Source: an uncultured Pelagibacteraceae bacterium (lineage in GTDB: Bacteria; Pseudomonadota; Alphaproteobacteria; Pelagibacterales; AG-422-B15). Taken from it: a stretch of DNA of 64,000 nt. The DNA is taken from the NCBI GenBank assembly GCA_902518955.1, contig CABYIR010000003.1, positions 17,259 to 81,258 of the forward strand, written 5' to 3'. Below, one piece after another: positions 23,957-32,719 of the stretch (position 1 is its first letter; each line of letters begins with the position of its first letter). Below the pieces are notes generated by a model, which worked only from the letters and a program-made list of their open reading frames with translations, ran no database searches and was not told the origin of the DNA. The position numbers and the translations under genes were made by a program.

Positions 23957-24241
23957 TTGTTTATGAACTTTTTCAAAAATTTATGGGGCTTGATAATGAA
24001 CCCGAATATCAACCCTCTGAGCAATATAACTAATCTCAAGGTTAGACATATGATCATGCAAATCCTTGCGTTTATGTGGAGCGGTGTATTCTCTCTCTAT
24101 ATCGTTGATAGCCTTTATGTCTTTGGAATTACCGCGATAGCCCATGCCTTACTTATTGCTGCAATTGTTGTTACGGCATATGTCTTTTATACAGCAAAAA
24201 ATAAGCCTCAAGTATTTGATGGCAAATCTGGAAAACAATAA
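23957..24241 (+). CDS. Small membrane protein of unknown function
   Basis: NPLSNI..RHMIMQILAFMW..AIAHALLIA; two hydrophobic stretches. Confidence 0.75.
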   Translation: MFMNFFKNLWGLIMNPNINPLSNITNLKVRHMIMQILAFMWSGVFSLYIVDSLYVFGITAIAHALLIAAIVVTAYVFYTAKNKPQVFDGKSGKQ

Positions 24242-24301
24242 AACTAAACTGTACTATAATCGAATAGCAAAAAAGACTGACTTAAATATAATTAAGTTAG
24301 T

Positions 24302-24874
24302 ATGAAAAGATTCTTTATTGTTTATGGCCATTATGATGATAACTCGTTTAACGCAGCGATAAGAGATACATTTATTGAAAGCGCTCAAGAATCTGGTCAT
24401 CGCATCGATTTATTAGATCTATATAAAGAAAATTTTAATCCAGTATTTGCCGGCGAAGAACCTGACACTGAAGTTCTTGATCATAGAAAAAGAATTGAGG
24501 CTTGTGATACAATCGTTCTCATTGCTCCAATCTGGAATTTTAGAATGCCAGCTATACTAGAAGGTTGGATAGATAAAGTTTTAGCACCTCCATGGGCGTT
24601 TACCTTCAAACAGTTGGTAGGAAACTATGGCTACCCTCTTGGAAATCTAAAAGATAAAAAAGCAATTATATTTTGCACATATGGATCCCCAAGGCTGGCG
24701 ATCACAACATTCTTCTTAAATTTACCAATAAGAAGATTAAAAAGAGGAGTTTTTCATATCTGTGGTATTAGAAATATTATTTACAAAAGATATTTTGCAG
24801 TTCCTTTTGTCGAGAAAAAGACAAGAATGAAGTTTCTTGAAGATGTAAAAAAAACAGCAGCAAAAAAAAATTAA
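24302..24874 (+). CDS. NAD(P)H-dependent oxidoreductase, flavodoxin-like fold (Flavodoxin_2)
   Basis: YGH..SFN, LDLY, PIWNFRMPAILEGWIDKV. Confidence 0.9.
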   Translation: MKRFFIVYGHYDDNSFNAAIRDTFIESAQESGHRIDLLDLYKENFNPVFAGEEPDTEVLDHRKRIEACDTIVLIAPIWNFRMPAILEGWIDKVLAPPWAFTFKQLVGNYGYPLGNLKDKKAIIFCTYGSPRLAITTFFLNLPIRRLKRGVFHICGIRNIIYKRYFAVPFVEKKTRMKFLEDVKKTAAKKN

Positions 24875-25062
24875 ACGCCTTCTTCTATCGTATTTTCTAT
24901 TTTCATTAAGATTGGTCTTCCATCATGAGCTGAGTTCAATGGTATAATTTTACCTTCATATCTAGCACATAAGGTTGGAGCATTTTGTTTTTTATCTCCC
25001 ATTGATACTTCTAGATCTACAATCACTAATTCTACATCCTCTAAAACTTTTAAAATTTTCAT
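24871..25062 (-). CDS. Small hypothetical protein (63 aa)
   Basis: Strong AAGGAG SD upstream; follows the DUF4149-like gene on the same strand. Confidence 0.75.
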   Translation of the reverse strand: MKILKVLEDVELVIVDLEVSMGDKKQNAPTLCARYEGKIIPLNSAHDGRPILMKIENTIEEGV

Positions 25063-25075
25063 ATATTGAACTCCT

Positions 25076-25489
25076 TTATAAATTATTTATAATGATGGCA
25101 CTAATTGCACTTATTAACTGAATAAGAAAAATTAATACAGATATTAAGTGAAACCTTTTAAAAACTTTTTCAGATTCCATTACGCCATCATTAAACTGAT
25201 CACGATGAAGATTAATTTTTGGAGTAATTATATATGTATTAATAAGAAATAAGATTGAAATGAAAACTGAGATTAATATGAGTAACTGATCTCTAATATA
25301 AATAGACAACAAAAGAGCGACAAATGATAATATAAAGCCATATAGAAACATTCTTGGAAATATAAATCTTAAGAAGTTTCTTGAGTTTATTTCATCGAGT
25401 GTTTTGAAGACCGAAGGTGTTACAACACTCATAAAAAATATCATGAAACCTACTATGAGACTGTATACAAAGTTTAAAGCTAAAATCAT
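25076..25489 (-). CDS. DUF4149-like membrane protein
   Basis: FF..VVTPSVFKTL, FLRFIFP, PKIN, FKRFHLISV. Confidence 0.8.
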   Translation of the reverse strand: MILALNFVYSLIVGFMIFFMSVVTPSVFKTLDEINSRNFLRFIFPRMFLYGFILSFVALLLSIYIRDQLLILISVFISILFLINTYIITPKINLHRDQFNDGVMESEKVFKRFHLISVLIFLIQLISAISAIIINNL

Positions 25490-25534
25490 TTCAATGAAGT
25501 AATATTAAATTAGAAAAATACAATAGGTGTATTT

Positions 25535-26860
25535 TTATTTACTAGGACAAGGAAAAAAAGTTTCGACTTGATTGGGCATAAAATATCTGGCTCTTGGCAT
25601 ATATGGACCCATTACCTTCCTTAGCTGATCTTGTCTTTCCACTTTTTGAATAGAATGTTCAAAATTATCAGATGGTAATAAATGCCTAAATTGAATAATC
25701 GTCACATCATCATCAAACATACCATCTCCATCGTCAGCCATTGGCAGCCATGCCATGCCACATTCATTTACTGCATTTCGTGGACGATCCTCTACTCTAC
25801 TAATGACAATTGTATAAAATCCATTTTTATCAGTTGGCACTTCTTCATCAAACAAACAATCGTTTACTCGAGTATTCACAAAACTTTGATTAGAACAAAG
25901 AGACCAATATCGAACATCAGATTGATCAACTTCAGTTGTACCATCATATGTTTGTAATGCAATCGGTGCTTTACCTCTTATGATTAAAACCTTTCCATGC
26001 TTTCTGTTTAAAATAGTCCGAATATACTGATTGTCTAAATTGGGATAAAAACCTCCCTCACTTCGTGGTGCATTAGAATCAATCTTACCAGTATACATTC
26101 CAATTAAACTTTTACGGTCAAGTTGAATAAACCATTTAGGTGGATTGTGTGCAGGCCATGTATCAGGCTTGTCAGGTTGCGAAGTTAATCGTCTATACTC
26201 ATTTGGTGGAATTCCAAGCGCATCAAATGACACTTGAAGTGGTTGACTAGAATTAAGTGCTTCACACGTTTGTTTGCCTGTTAATTTTGTTCCATCTGCT
26301 AATGTTAATACAGGCTGAGGTAGTTTTACTCCTCCTGTAACATCAATATTTTGATCTGGTAAATAAACTCTATAGACAATTGACTGTTGTTTTTTTCTAT
26401 ATTCTGGAGAATAAAGAATGTTGCCAGTTTTATCTCCCAAAGTTTCTTTTGTTTTTGTAGAAGGAGTTTCATTAAGCACTTCTATTGAGTAAGAACGGTA
26501 AAAATCAGATCGTTTATTACCAGGTATAAATGGATTAGTAGCCTCTGATTGGATTTGATAATCAGTTAATGATGCAATTGGCTTACCTCTTTCATTATAG
26601 CTAAAGAAAGACATATAGCGTGAGTATGGATAATCACCTTTAATTTCTAAAGTGGAACCGTCTGGCATAGAAAATACAGCCGCCCAATAATATACATTCG
26701 AGTCAGGGTATGCGATGTTAATATACGGATCAGAACTAATTGGTCCACGGGCCCAAAAACAATCACGCGGTCCAGGTATTTCAATATCAGCAAGCACTTG
26801 ACCAATTGAAACAAAATAAAAAAATAAGAGAAATAAAATACGCATATCAAAAACGTACAC
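25535..26860 (-). CDS. Secreted protein of unknown function (start probably Met6)
   Basis: Signal peptide MRILFLLFFYFVSIGQVLA; 441-aa open frame; CFW, NIAYPD, RYWSLC motifs. Confidence 0.8.
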   Translation of the reverse strand: MYVFDMRILFLLFFYFVSIGQVLADIEIPGPRDCFWARGPISSDPYINIAYPDSNVYYWAAVFSMPDGSTLEIKGDYPYSRYMSFFSYNERGKPIASLTDYQIQSEATNPFIPGNKRSDFYRSYSIEVLNETPSTKTKETLGDKTGNILYSPEYRKKQQSIVYRVYLPDQNIDVTGGVKLPQPVLTLADGTKLTGKQTCEALNSSQPLQVSFDALGIPPNEYRRLTSQPDKPDTWPAHNPPKWFIQLDRKSLIGMYTGKIDSNAPRSEGGFYPNLDNQYIRTILNRKHGKVLIIRGKAPIALQTYDGTTEVDQSDVRYWSLCSNQSFVNTRVNDCLFDEEVPTDKNGFYTIVISRVEDRPRNAVNECGMAWLPMADDGDGMFDDDVTIIQFRHLLPSDNFEHSIQKVERQDQLRKVMGPYMPRARYFMPNQVETFFPCPSK

Positions 26861-26903
26861 TACAAATATTGAAAATTAAATAACATTCAGCATAATATAC
26901 TTC

Positions 26904-27776
26904 ATGAAAATTGTGAGCTTAGTTCCAAGTGCCAGCGAAATACTTTGTGATTTGGGTCTTGGGAAGCAGTTAGTTGGTGTCAGTCACGAATGCAATTTTC
27001 CATCTGTCTTAAAAAATGTCCAAACTGTTACTTCATCAAATATCGACAGCTCTGAGGTACAAATCGAAATTGATGCGCAAGTTCGAAAGAGGGTGACTGA
27101 GAGTAAGCCATTATATGAAATTAATTCAGAAAAACTTAACGACCTATCACCTGATATTATCATTACTCAAGGCGTGTGTGATGTCTGTGCAATTTCAAAT
27201 AATCAAGTTGAAGTACTCTTAAAAGGACAATTATGCACTCTACCCTCTTCAACAAATGTTTTATCTTTAAATGGAAGATCCCTTCAAGGTATATGTGACG
27301 ATATAAAAATGTTGGGTGGATATTTTGGATGTCAGGAGAACTCTGAGAGTATCGTTAAAAAAGCAATGAATGAAAAAAATAAAATGATGGAATTAAAAAA
27401 ATATGATATTCGTCTTCTCTGTTTGGAATGGATTGATCCCTATTTTTCAGCTGGGCACTGGGTACCAGAACAAATTGAAATGGCAGGATTTGTATCAGCA
27501 ATTGGCAAACCAGGCGATCAATCAAGAGTGATTACTACTAATGAAATCATTGAGTCTAGACCTGATGCAATAGCAGTTATTTGTTGTGGTTATAACAAAG
27601 AGAAAAATAAATTATTTGCTGAGAATATCTTACAAGACAAGAGAATTAATCACTTATTACCTTTTCAAAATGAAAAGGTTTTTTATTTTGACTCAGATTC
27701 TTACTTTAGTAGACCGACCTTAAGGATAATTGAGGGCGCTAAACAATTACGAGACTCTTTATTAAATTCATTTTAG
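26904..27776 (+). CDS. BtuF-like (cobalamin/Fe-siderophore binding fold) protein without signal peptide
   Basis: MKIVSLVPSASEI, VGVSHEC, PDIIITQ, LEWIDP, YFSRP. Confidence 0.85.
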   Translation: MKIVSLVPSASEILCDLGLGKQLVGVSHECNFPSVLKNVQTVTSSNIDSSEVQIEIDAQVRKRVTESKPLYEINSEKLNDLSPDIIITQGVCDVCAISNNQVEVLLKGQLCTLPSSTNVLSLNGRSLQGICDDIKMLGGYFGCQENSESIVKKAMNEKNKMMELKKYDIRLLCLEWIDPYFSAGHWVPEQIEMAGFVSAIGKPGDQSRVITTNEIIESRPDAIAVICCGYNKEKNKLFAENILQDKRINHLLPFQNEKVFYFDSDSYFSRPTLRIIEGAKQLRDSLLNSF

Positions 27777-27800
27777 TAGTGGGAATTGACGGGAGTCTAA
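27777..27800 (-). repeat. Degenerate copy of the tRNA-Asp 3' end (possible att-site scar)
   Basis: tagtgggaattgacgggagtctaa vs tggcgggagtgacgggactcgaa (29466-29488): 18 of 24 aligned columns match, same orientation. Confidence 0.55.
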
Positions 27801-27811
27801 TATAAAAACAT

Positions 27812-29323
27812 TTATTTTTTTGATTCTTCTATCAACTTAATAATATTTTCGTGAATCACTGATGCTGTATCTGGGCCCAAAGATACCTCCTCACCATAAG
27901 TTTCTTCATCTTGCCCATAGATCCAAGGAGTGCTTTCATCCCATTCACTTTTTGGAATAATGTAACCGATAGAATCATTTGCTAAGTTCACCATCAAGTT
28001 TAGTTTGTTGGAAAATTGACTTCGCAAATGTGGGACTTCTTGTGGAGCAATGACGTAATCAGCACCTTTAGGATTTTCAATACCTCCAATAGCAATTTCT
28101 GGATAAAGTTCTCCAGGAATTCCGGTAATAGATGCATCTCCTAATTGTATGAATGCTACCTCACTGAGATAACGTATGAATGGCGGCTTCAGACTAAATT
28201 TAGTATCGGCATCAATCACGCCAAGCAAAGTGCCTAATGTAAGCATCAAGTTTTCTATGCCCAATTCTATTTCTAGTGATTGGATACTTAATGATGGTTT
28301 AGGAGAAGCCTTAAAATCACCTGCTTGAAAAGTCTCTATAACACTATTTGCCAGGCTATAACCATATGCGCGGGCTTTAGAATGACTCGGCTTAGTGATC
28401 ATTTTTTTCATAACAGGATCATAAATTGGATCACTTGGTCCTGACGTCATTAAGCCTCCTATATTTCCTGTAAGCCATAATGTGGTTCCGCCAAGTCCAG
28501 GTTTAATTAACTGATCATCATAATAAATTCCATTACTGATACCTCTTCTTAAGTAGCCTGCAACATCAGAAGTTAAGTCTAGATTTTTATCCCATGCGAG
28601 CTCGACATGAATTCCGAAATTGATCAACGAGCCAATAACTGAGCCGTCAGGACGATTGAATAAAATTGCCCTTATGTCATCGTCAATCACAATAGGTTTT
28701 CGTTTATCTTTGATTGGCGTAAGTGGATTAGTCGGAATTAAAGCAAAACTCATTTCTGCTGTCTCTAAGTTATCAATGGCCATTTTTAATGTGCTTATAA
28801 AATCTTTTTTAAGCCGCTTCATATAAACATCATTGACACCACTCTTTAAAAAACTTGGGCCCCAAAGACCCTGAGTATCTGGACCCTCATGGTTGTGTGT
28901 TGCATGCACCATAATATAATCTAGACCCCACTCCGCAGGAACATCCTCACGGACACTGAGTACAAATTTTCGCATTAACCCGATTGTATCAGCACTTATG
29001 ATTCCTATTCGAGTCCGGCCATCATCTATCACGACGGCTACAGACATCAAATCATCTTTAATGCTTTGGGCAGCTCGTTTATTTTGAAAACCTGCCATCC
29101 ACACCGCATCAAATTGGCCATTACCATTTACATCAGTCCACTCATCAATATCTGGATCAAATTGAGCATCATTATTTATATCTTCCCATTCATCGATTAG
29201 ATTAGGGGTGATCGGCAACTCAGCAAAGCCAACTTTAAATTCGCTTGCATTAAGCTGAGCAGTAAAAATGATGCTAAACATTATAACATATAGAGTATTT
29301 CTTATATAACCGAAGTAAATCAT
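27812..29323 (-). CDS. Secreted neutral/alkaline ceramidase-like hydrolase (start uncertain, 29323-29401)
   Basis: HATHNHEGPD metal motif, PGELYPE, LANDSIGYI, YGEEVS; signal-peptide-like N-terminus. Confidence 0.75.
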   Translation of the reverse strand: MIYFGYIRNTLYVIMFSIIFTAQLNASEFKVGFAELPITPNLIDEWEDINNDAQFDPDIDEWTDVNGNGQFDAVWMAGFQNKRAAQSIKDDLMSVAVVIDDGRTRIGIISADTIGLMRKFVLSVREDVPAEWGLDYIMVHATHNHEGPDTQGLWGPSFLKSGVNDVYMKRLKKDFISTLKMAIDNLETAEMSFALIPTNPLTPIKDKRKPIVIDDDIRAILFNRPDGSVIGSLINFGIHVELAWDKNLDLTSDVAGYLRRGISNGIYYDDQLIKPGLGGTTLWLTGNIGGLMTSGPSDPIYDPVMKKMITKPSHSKARAYGYSLANSVIETFQAGDFKASPKPSLSIQSLEIELGIENLMLTLGTLLGVIDADTKFSLKPPFIRYLSEVAFIQLGDASITGIPGELYPEIAIGGIENPKGADYVIAPQEVPHLRSQFSNKLNLMVNLANDSIGYIIPKSEWDESTPWIYGQDEETYGEEVSLGPDTASVIHENIIKLIEESKK

Positions 29324-29465
29324 TCGTCTCTTATCCACTGTAACCGACATTACTAGATTTTGATATTGTAATAAGCTTATGAACTTTATTGTTGAATCCA
29401 ATAAATTTCTTTAAAACTCCCTGCAGAAGCAAAAATTAAAATTTATTTTCCAACGAATAATAACA

Positions 29466-29543
29466 TGGCGGGAGTGACGGGACTCGAACCCGCGACCTCC
29501 TGCGTGACAGGCAGGCGCTCTAACCAGACTGAGCTACACCCCC
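29466..29543 (-). tRNA. tRNA-Asp(GTC)
   Basis: Cloverleaf; anticodon arm CCTGC-CTGTCAC-GCAGG; encoded CCA. Confidence 0.97.
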
Positions 29544-29575
29544 ACTTTATTTGATAGTCCATCTCGTGGGAGAAA

Positions 29576-29651
29576 TGGTGGGCGATGACAGGTTCGAACT
29601 GCCGACATTCACGGTGTAAACGTGACGCTCTTCCAGCTGAGCTAATCGCCC
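29576..29651 (-). tRNA. tRNA-Val(TAC)
   Basis: Anticodon arm TCACG-TTTACAC-CGTGA; GTTCGAA T-loop; encoded CCA; 76 nt. Confidence 0.97.
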
Positions 29652-29703
29652 TTGAAGATTGAAATATATATAGTTTATTATTATTTCCCAGTTTATTTTT
29701 TAC

Positions 29704-29742
29704 AAAAAAACTCGACCACTAATTAGTGATCGAGCTTTTTTT
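29704..29742 (-). terminator. Intrinsic terminator downstream of hup
   Basis: A7-CTCGAcCACT-AATT-AGTGaTCGAG-c-T7 hairpin. Confidence 0.75.
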
Positions 29743-29764
29743 AAAATGTTCTACTGGCAGAAAA

Positions 29765-30046
29765 TTAGCCTGCGTTATTGACAGCCTCTTTTAAACCCTT
29801 ACCAGCAGTAAACTTTGGTCGAGTTGACTGAGGTATTTGAATAACTTCGTTAGTACGAGGGTTTCTACCTTGAGATGCTTTACGAATAGAGGTTTTAAAT
29901 GTTCCAAATCCTACTAATCTTACTTCCCCTCTTTGCTTAAGAACATCCGTGATTTGATCAAATACAGCGTTCACAGCTTTTTCTGAGTCAGATTTTTGCA
30001 TTCCAGTTATTTCGGCAACTTTACCAATTAGATCTTGTTTATTCAT
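29765..30046 (-). CDS. hupB: HU DNA-binding protein
   Basis: MNKQDLI, VRLVGFGTF, GRNPRT, PKFTAGKGLK. Confidence 0.95.
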   Translation of the reverse strand: MNKQDLIGKVAEITGMQKSDSEKAVNAVFDQITDVLKQRGEVRLVGFGTFKTSIRKASQGRNPRTNEVIQIPQSTRPKFTAGKGLKEAVNNAG

Positions 30047-30185
30047 ATAATCCCCCCTTTTTAGGAGTTTGATTCGTTAATACATATATAGGAACTGATC
30101 TACAACATATAGTCAAGGCGAAAACCCTAGGAAAACTAATAAAAATGATATGTTATATGTTTAAAAGATAAAAATATATTTAGAT

Positions 30186-32594
30186 TCAGTGAGTTAAAAG
30201 AGGATCCTGATCTTGGTCTTGATCATCATCTGATATTTCACTACCACCGCTTACAGATTCACTTTCATCCCACTCAATTGGAATTAATGGCTTAGTGAGG
30301 GCTATTTTAAGAACATCATCGACATTGTCTACAAAAATCAATTCCAAGCCTTCTTTAACATTGTCAGGAATATCTTCTAAGTCTTTTTCATTCTCTTTTG
30401 GAATAATTACAGTTTTTGTTCCAGCTCTAAGAGCAGCTAACAGCTTTTCTTTTAAACCACCAATTCCTAAAGCCTTTCCTCTCAAGGTCACCTCACCTGT
30501 CATAGCAATGTCTTTTCTCACAGGAATACCTGTTAACACAGAGACAATTGAAGTAACCATTGCAAGACCCGCTGATGGTCCATCTTTTGGAATTGCGCCT
30601 TCGGGTACGTGTATATGAATATCTCTAATCGGAAAAATTGTTGGCTTAATACCAAAATCAATGCACCTAGAACGAACGTATGATTTAGCGGCTTGAATGG
30701 ACTCTTTCATCACATCCCCTAGCTTACCTGTAATCGTCATAATACCTTTACCAGGCATAATAACCGCTTCAATTGGAAGTATGTCACCACCAACTTCAGT
30801 CCAAGCAAGGCCTGTTACAATGCCAACTTGATCGTCTGCATCAATTTCACCATATTTATATTTTTTAACTCCAGCATATTCATTTACATTTTCCTCATTA
30901 ATGGTCAAATTTTTAATCTCTCCCGCAACAATCTTTTTAATAGCTTTTCTGGCGAGGTTCGCGATTTCTCTCTCAAGACTTCTCACACCGGCTTCTCGAG
31001 TGTAATACTTAATTAAAGATGTAACTGCATTATCTTCAATCGTAAGTTCACCATCTTTTAGACCATGTTTCTTCATAATCTCTGGAATTAAATGCTGTTT
31101 TGCAATTTGTACTTTTTCATCTTCTGTATAACCAGCAATTCTAATAATCTCCATTCGATCAAGTAATGCAGGGGGCATTCTCAATGTATTAGCTGTAGTT
31201 AAAAACATTGTGTCAGATAGATCATAATCAACTTCCAAGTAATGATCATTGAATGTGTTGTTTTGCTCAGGATCTAAAACTTCTAGGAGAGCAGAAGATG
31301 GGTCTCCTCTATAATCTGCGCCTAGCTTATCTATCTCATCGAGCAAAAATAATGGATTTGATGAACCCGCTTTTTTCATCATTTGTAATACCTTGCCAGG
31401 CATGGAACCGATATAAGTTCTTCTATGTCCTCTTATTTCAGCTTCATCTCTTACTCCACCCAGAGACATCCTTACAAACTTACGACCGGTTGAACGAGCA
31501 ATTGATTTACCAAGTGAAGTTTTACCTACTCCAGGGGCGCCGACAAGACATAAGATAGGTCCTTTCATCTTCTTAATTCTTTGTTGAACAGCTAAATATT
31601 CAAGTATTCTTTCTTTAACTTTTTCTAATCCATAGTGATCTTCATCTAAAACTTGTTTTGCAAAGTTAATATCTTTCTTAACCTTGGTTTTCTTTCCCCA
31701 TGGAATAGATAAAATCCAGTCAAGATAATTTCTTATAACGCTCGACTCAGCTGACATTGGACTCATTGATTTGATCTTTTTAATTTCAGCGTAACATTTT
31801 TCTTTAGCCTCTTTAGTTAGCTTCATCTTTTCAATTTTTTCTTCATACTCAGAAATATCATCCTTGCCATCTTCATTCTCTCCAAGTTCTTTCTGAATAG
31901 CCTTCATTTGCTCATTCAAATAATATTCTCTTTGGGTTTTTTCCATTTGGTTTTTTACTCTACCACGAATTTTCTTTTCAACCTGTAAGACATCTAGTTC
32001 AGACTGAATGAAAGAAAGAATCTTTTCAAAACGTTCGTATAAATCAACAGATTCTAATATTTGCTGTTTATCAGAGAGTTTTATTGATAAGTGTGATGCA
32101 ATAGTATCACTTAACTTTCCGAGCTCATCTATTTCATTTATTGTTCCAAGAACCTCAGGTGGAATTTTTTTATTTAAGTTTACATACTTATCAAATTCAT
32201 CCGTCGTTGACTTAGACATAGCTCTGAGTTGCTTATCAGAAGAGTCAACAGTTTCAATAATCTGATCAACATCAGCTTGTAAAAAATTTTCATTTTCAAA
32301 AAAAACATTAATTGAAGCTCTATTTAATCCTTCAACTAACACTTTAACGGTTCCATCAGGGAGCTTTAGTAGTTGTAACACGTTAGCTACCGTCCCAAAA
32401 TCAAATAGATCATTTTTCTTAGGGTCGTCGACTGAAGCACTTTTTTGTGTAATCAGCATTATTTTTTTATCACCCTTCATAACGCTTTCAAGAGCCTTAA
32501 CAGACTTATCTCTACCAACAAATAATGGAACCACCATATGTGGGAAAACTACGATATCTCTTAGAGGAAGAACTGGTATTTTATTTATGTTCAT
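30186..32594 (-). CDS. lon: ATP-dependent protease La
   Basis: PVLPLRD, GAPGVGKTS, PKDGPSAG. Confidence 0.98.
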   Translation of the reverse strand: MNINKIPVLPLRDIVVFPHMVVPLFVGRDKSVKALESVMKGDKKIMLITQKSASVDDPKKNDLFDFGTVANVLQLLKLPDGTVKVLVEGLNRASINVFFENENFLQADVDQIIETVDSSDKQLRAMSKSTTDEFDKYVNLNKKIPPEVLGTINEIDELGKLSDTIASHLSIKLSDKQQILESVDLYERFEKILSFIQSELDVLQVEKKIRGRVKNQMEKTQREYYLNEQMKAIQKELGENEDGKDDISEYEEKIEKMKLTKEAKEKCYAEIKKIKSMSPMSAESSVIRNYLDWILSIPWGKKTKVKKDINFAKQVLDEDHYGLEKVKERILEYLAVQQRIKKMKGPILCLVGAPGVGKTSLGKSIARSTGRKFVRMSLGGVRDEAEIRGHRRTYIGSMPGKVLQMMKKAGSSNPLFLLDEIDKLGADYRGDPSSALLEVLDPEQNNTFNDHYLEVDYDLSDTMFLTTANTLRMPPALLDRMEIIRIAGYTEDEKVQIAKQHLIPEIMKKHGLKDGELTIEDNAVTSLIKYYTREAGVRSLEREIANLARKAIKKIVAGEIKNLTINEENVNEYAGVKKYKYGEIDADDQVGIVTGLAWTEVGGDILPIEAVIMPGKGIMTITGKLGDVMKESIQAAKSYVRSRCIDFGIKPTIFPIRDIHIHVPEGAIPKDGPSAGLAMVTSIVSVLTGIPVRKDIAMTGEVTLRGKALGIGGLKEKLLAALRAGTKTVIIPKENEKDLEDIPDNVKEGLELIFVDNVDDVLKIALTKPLIPIEWDESESVSGGSEISDDDQDQDQDPLLTH

Positions 32595-32671
32595 AATGAA
32601 TCAAAAATGTTCTATTCATAAAAAAATGATTTGGGATCATAGTAAAGGCATAATCACAAACACAGATATTA

Positions 32672-32699
32672 AGATGTGTATAAAAGACAGAATTTCAAG
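32672..32699 (-). promoter_or_regulatory. Putative sigma32 (RpoH) promoter of lon
   Basis: CTTGAA-N15-CACATCT on the minus strand about 80 bp upstream of lon, a known heat-shock gene. Confidence 0.6.
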
Positions 32700-32719
32700 G
32701 AATTGAGTTTAATAAGGCT

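Noticed and set aside
25514-25536. AAAAATACA-ATAGG-TGTATTTTT hairpin
   Set aside because: An AT-rich stem overlapping a stop codon; at most a weak terminator
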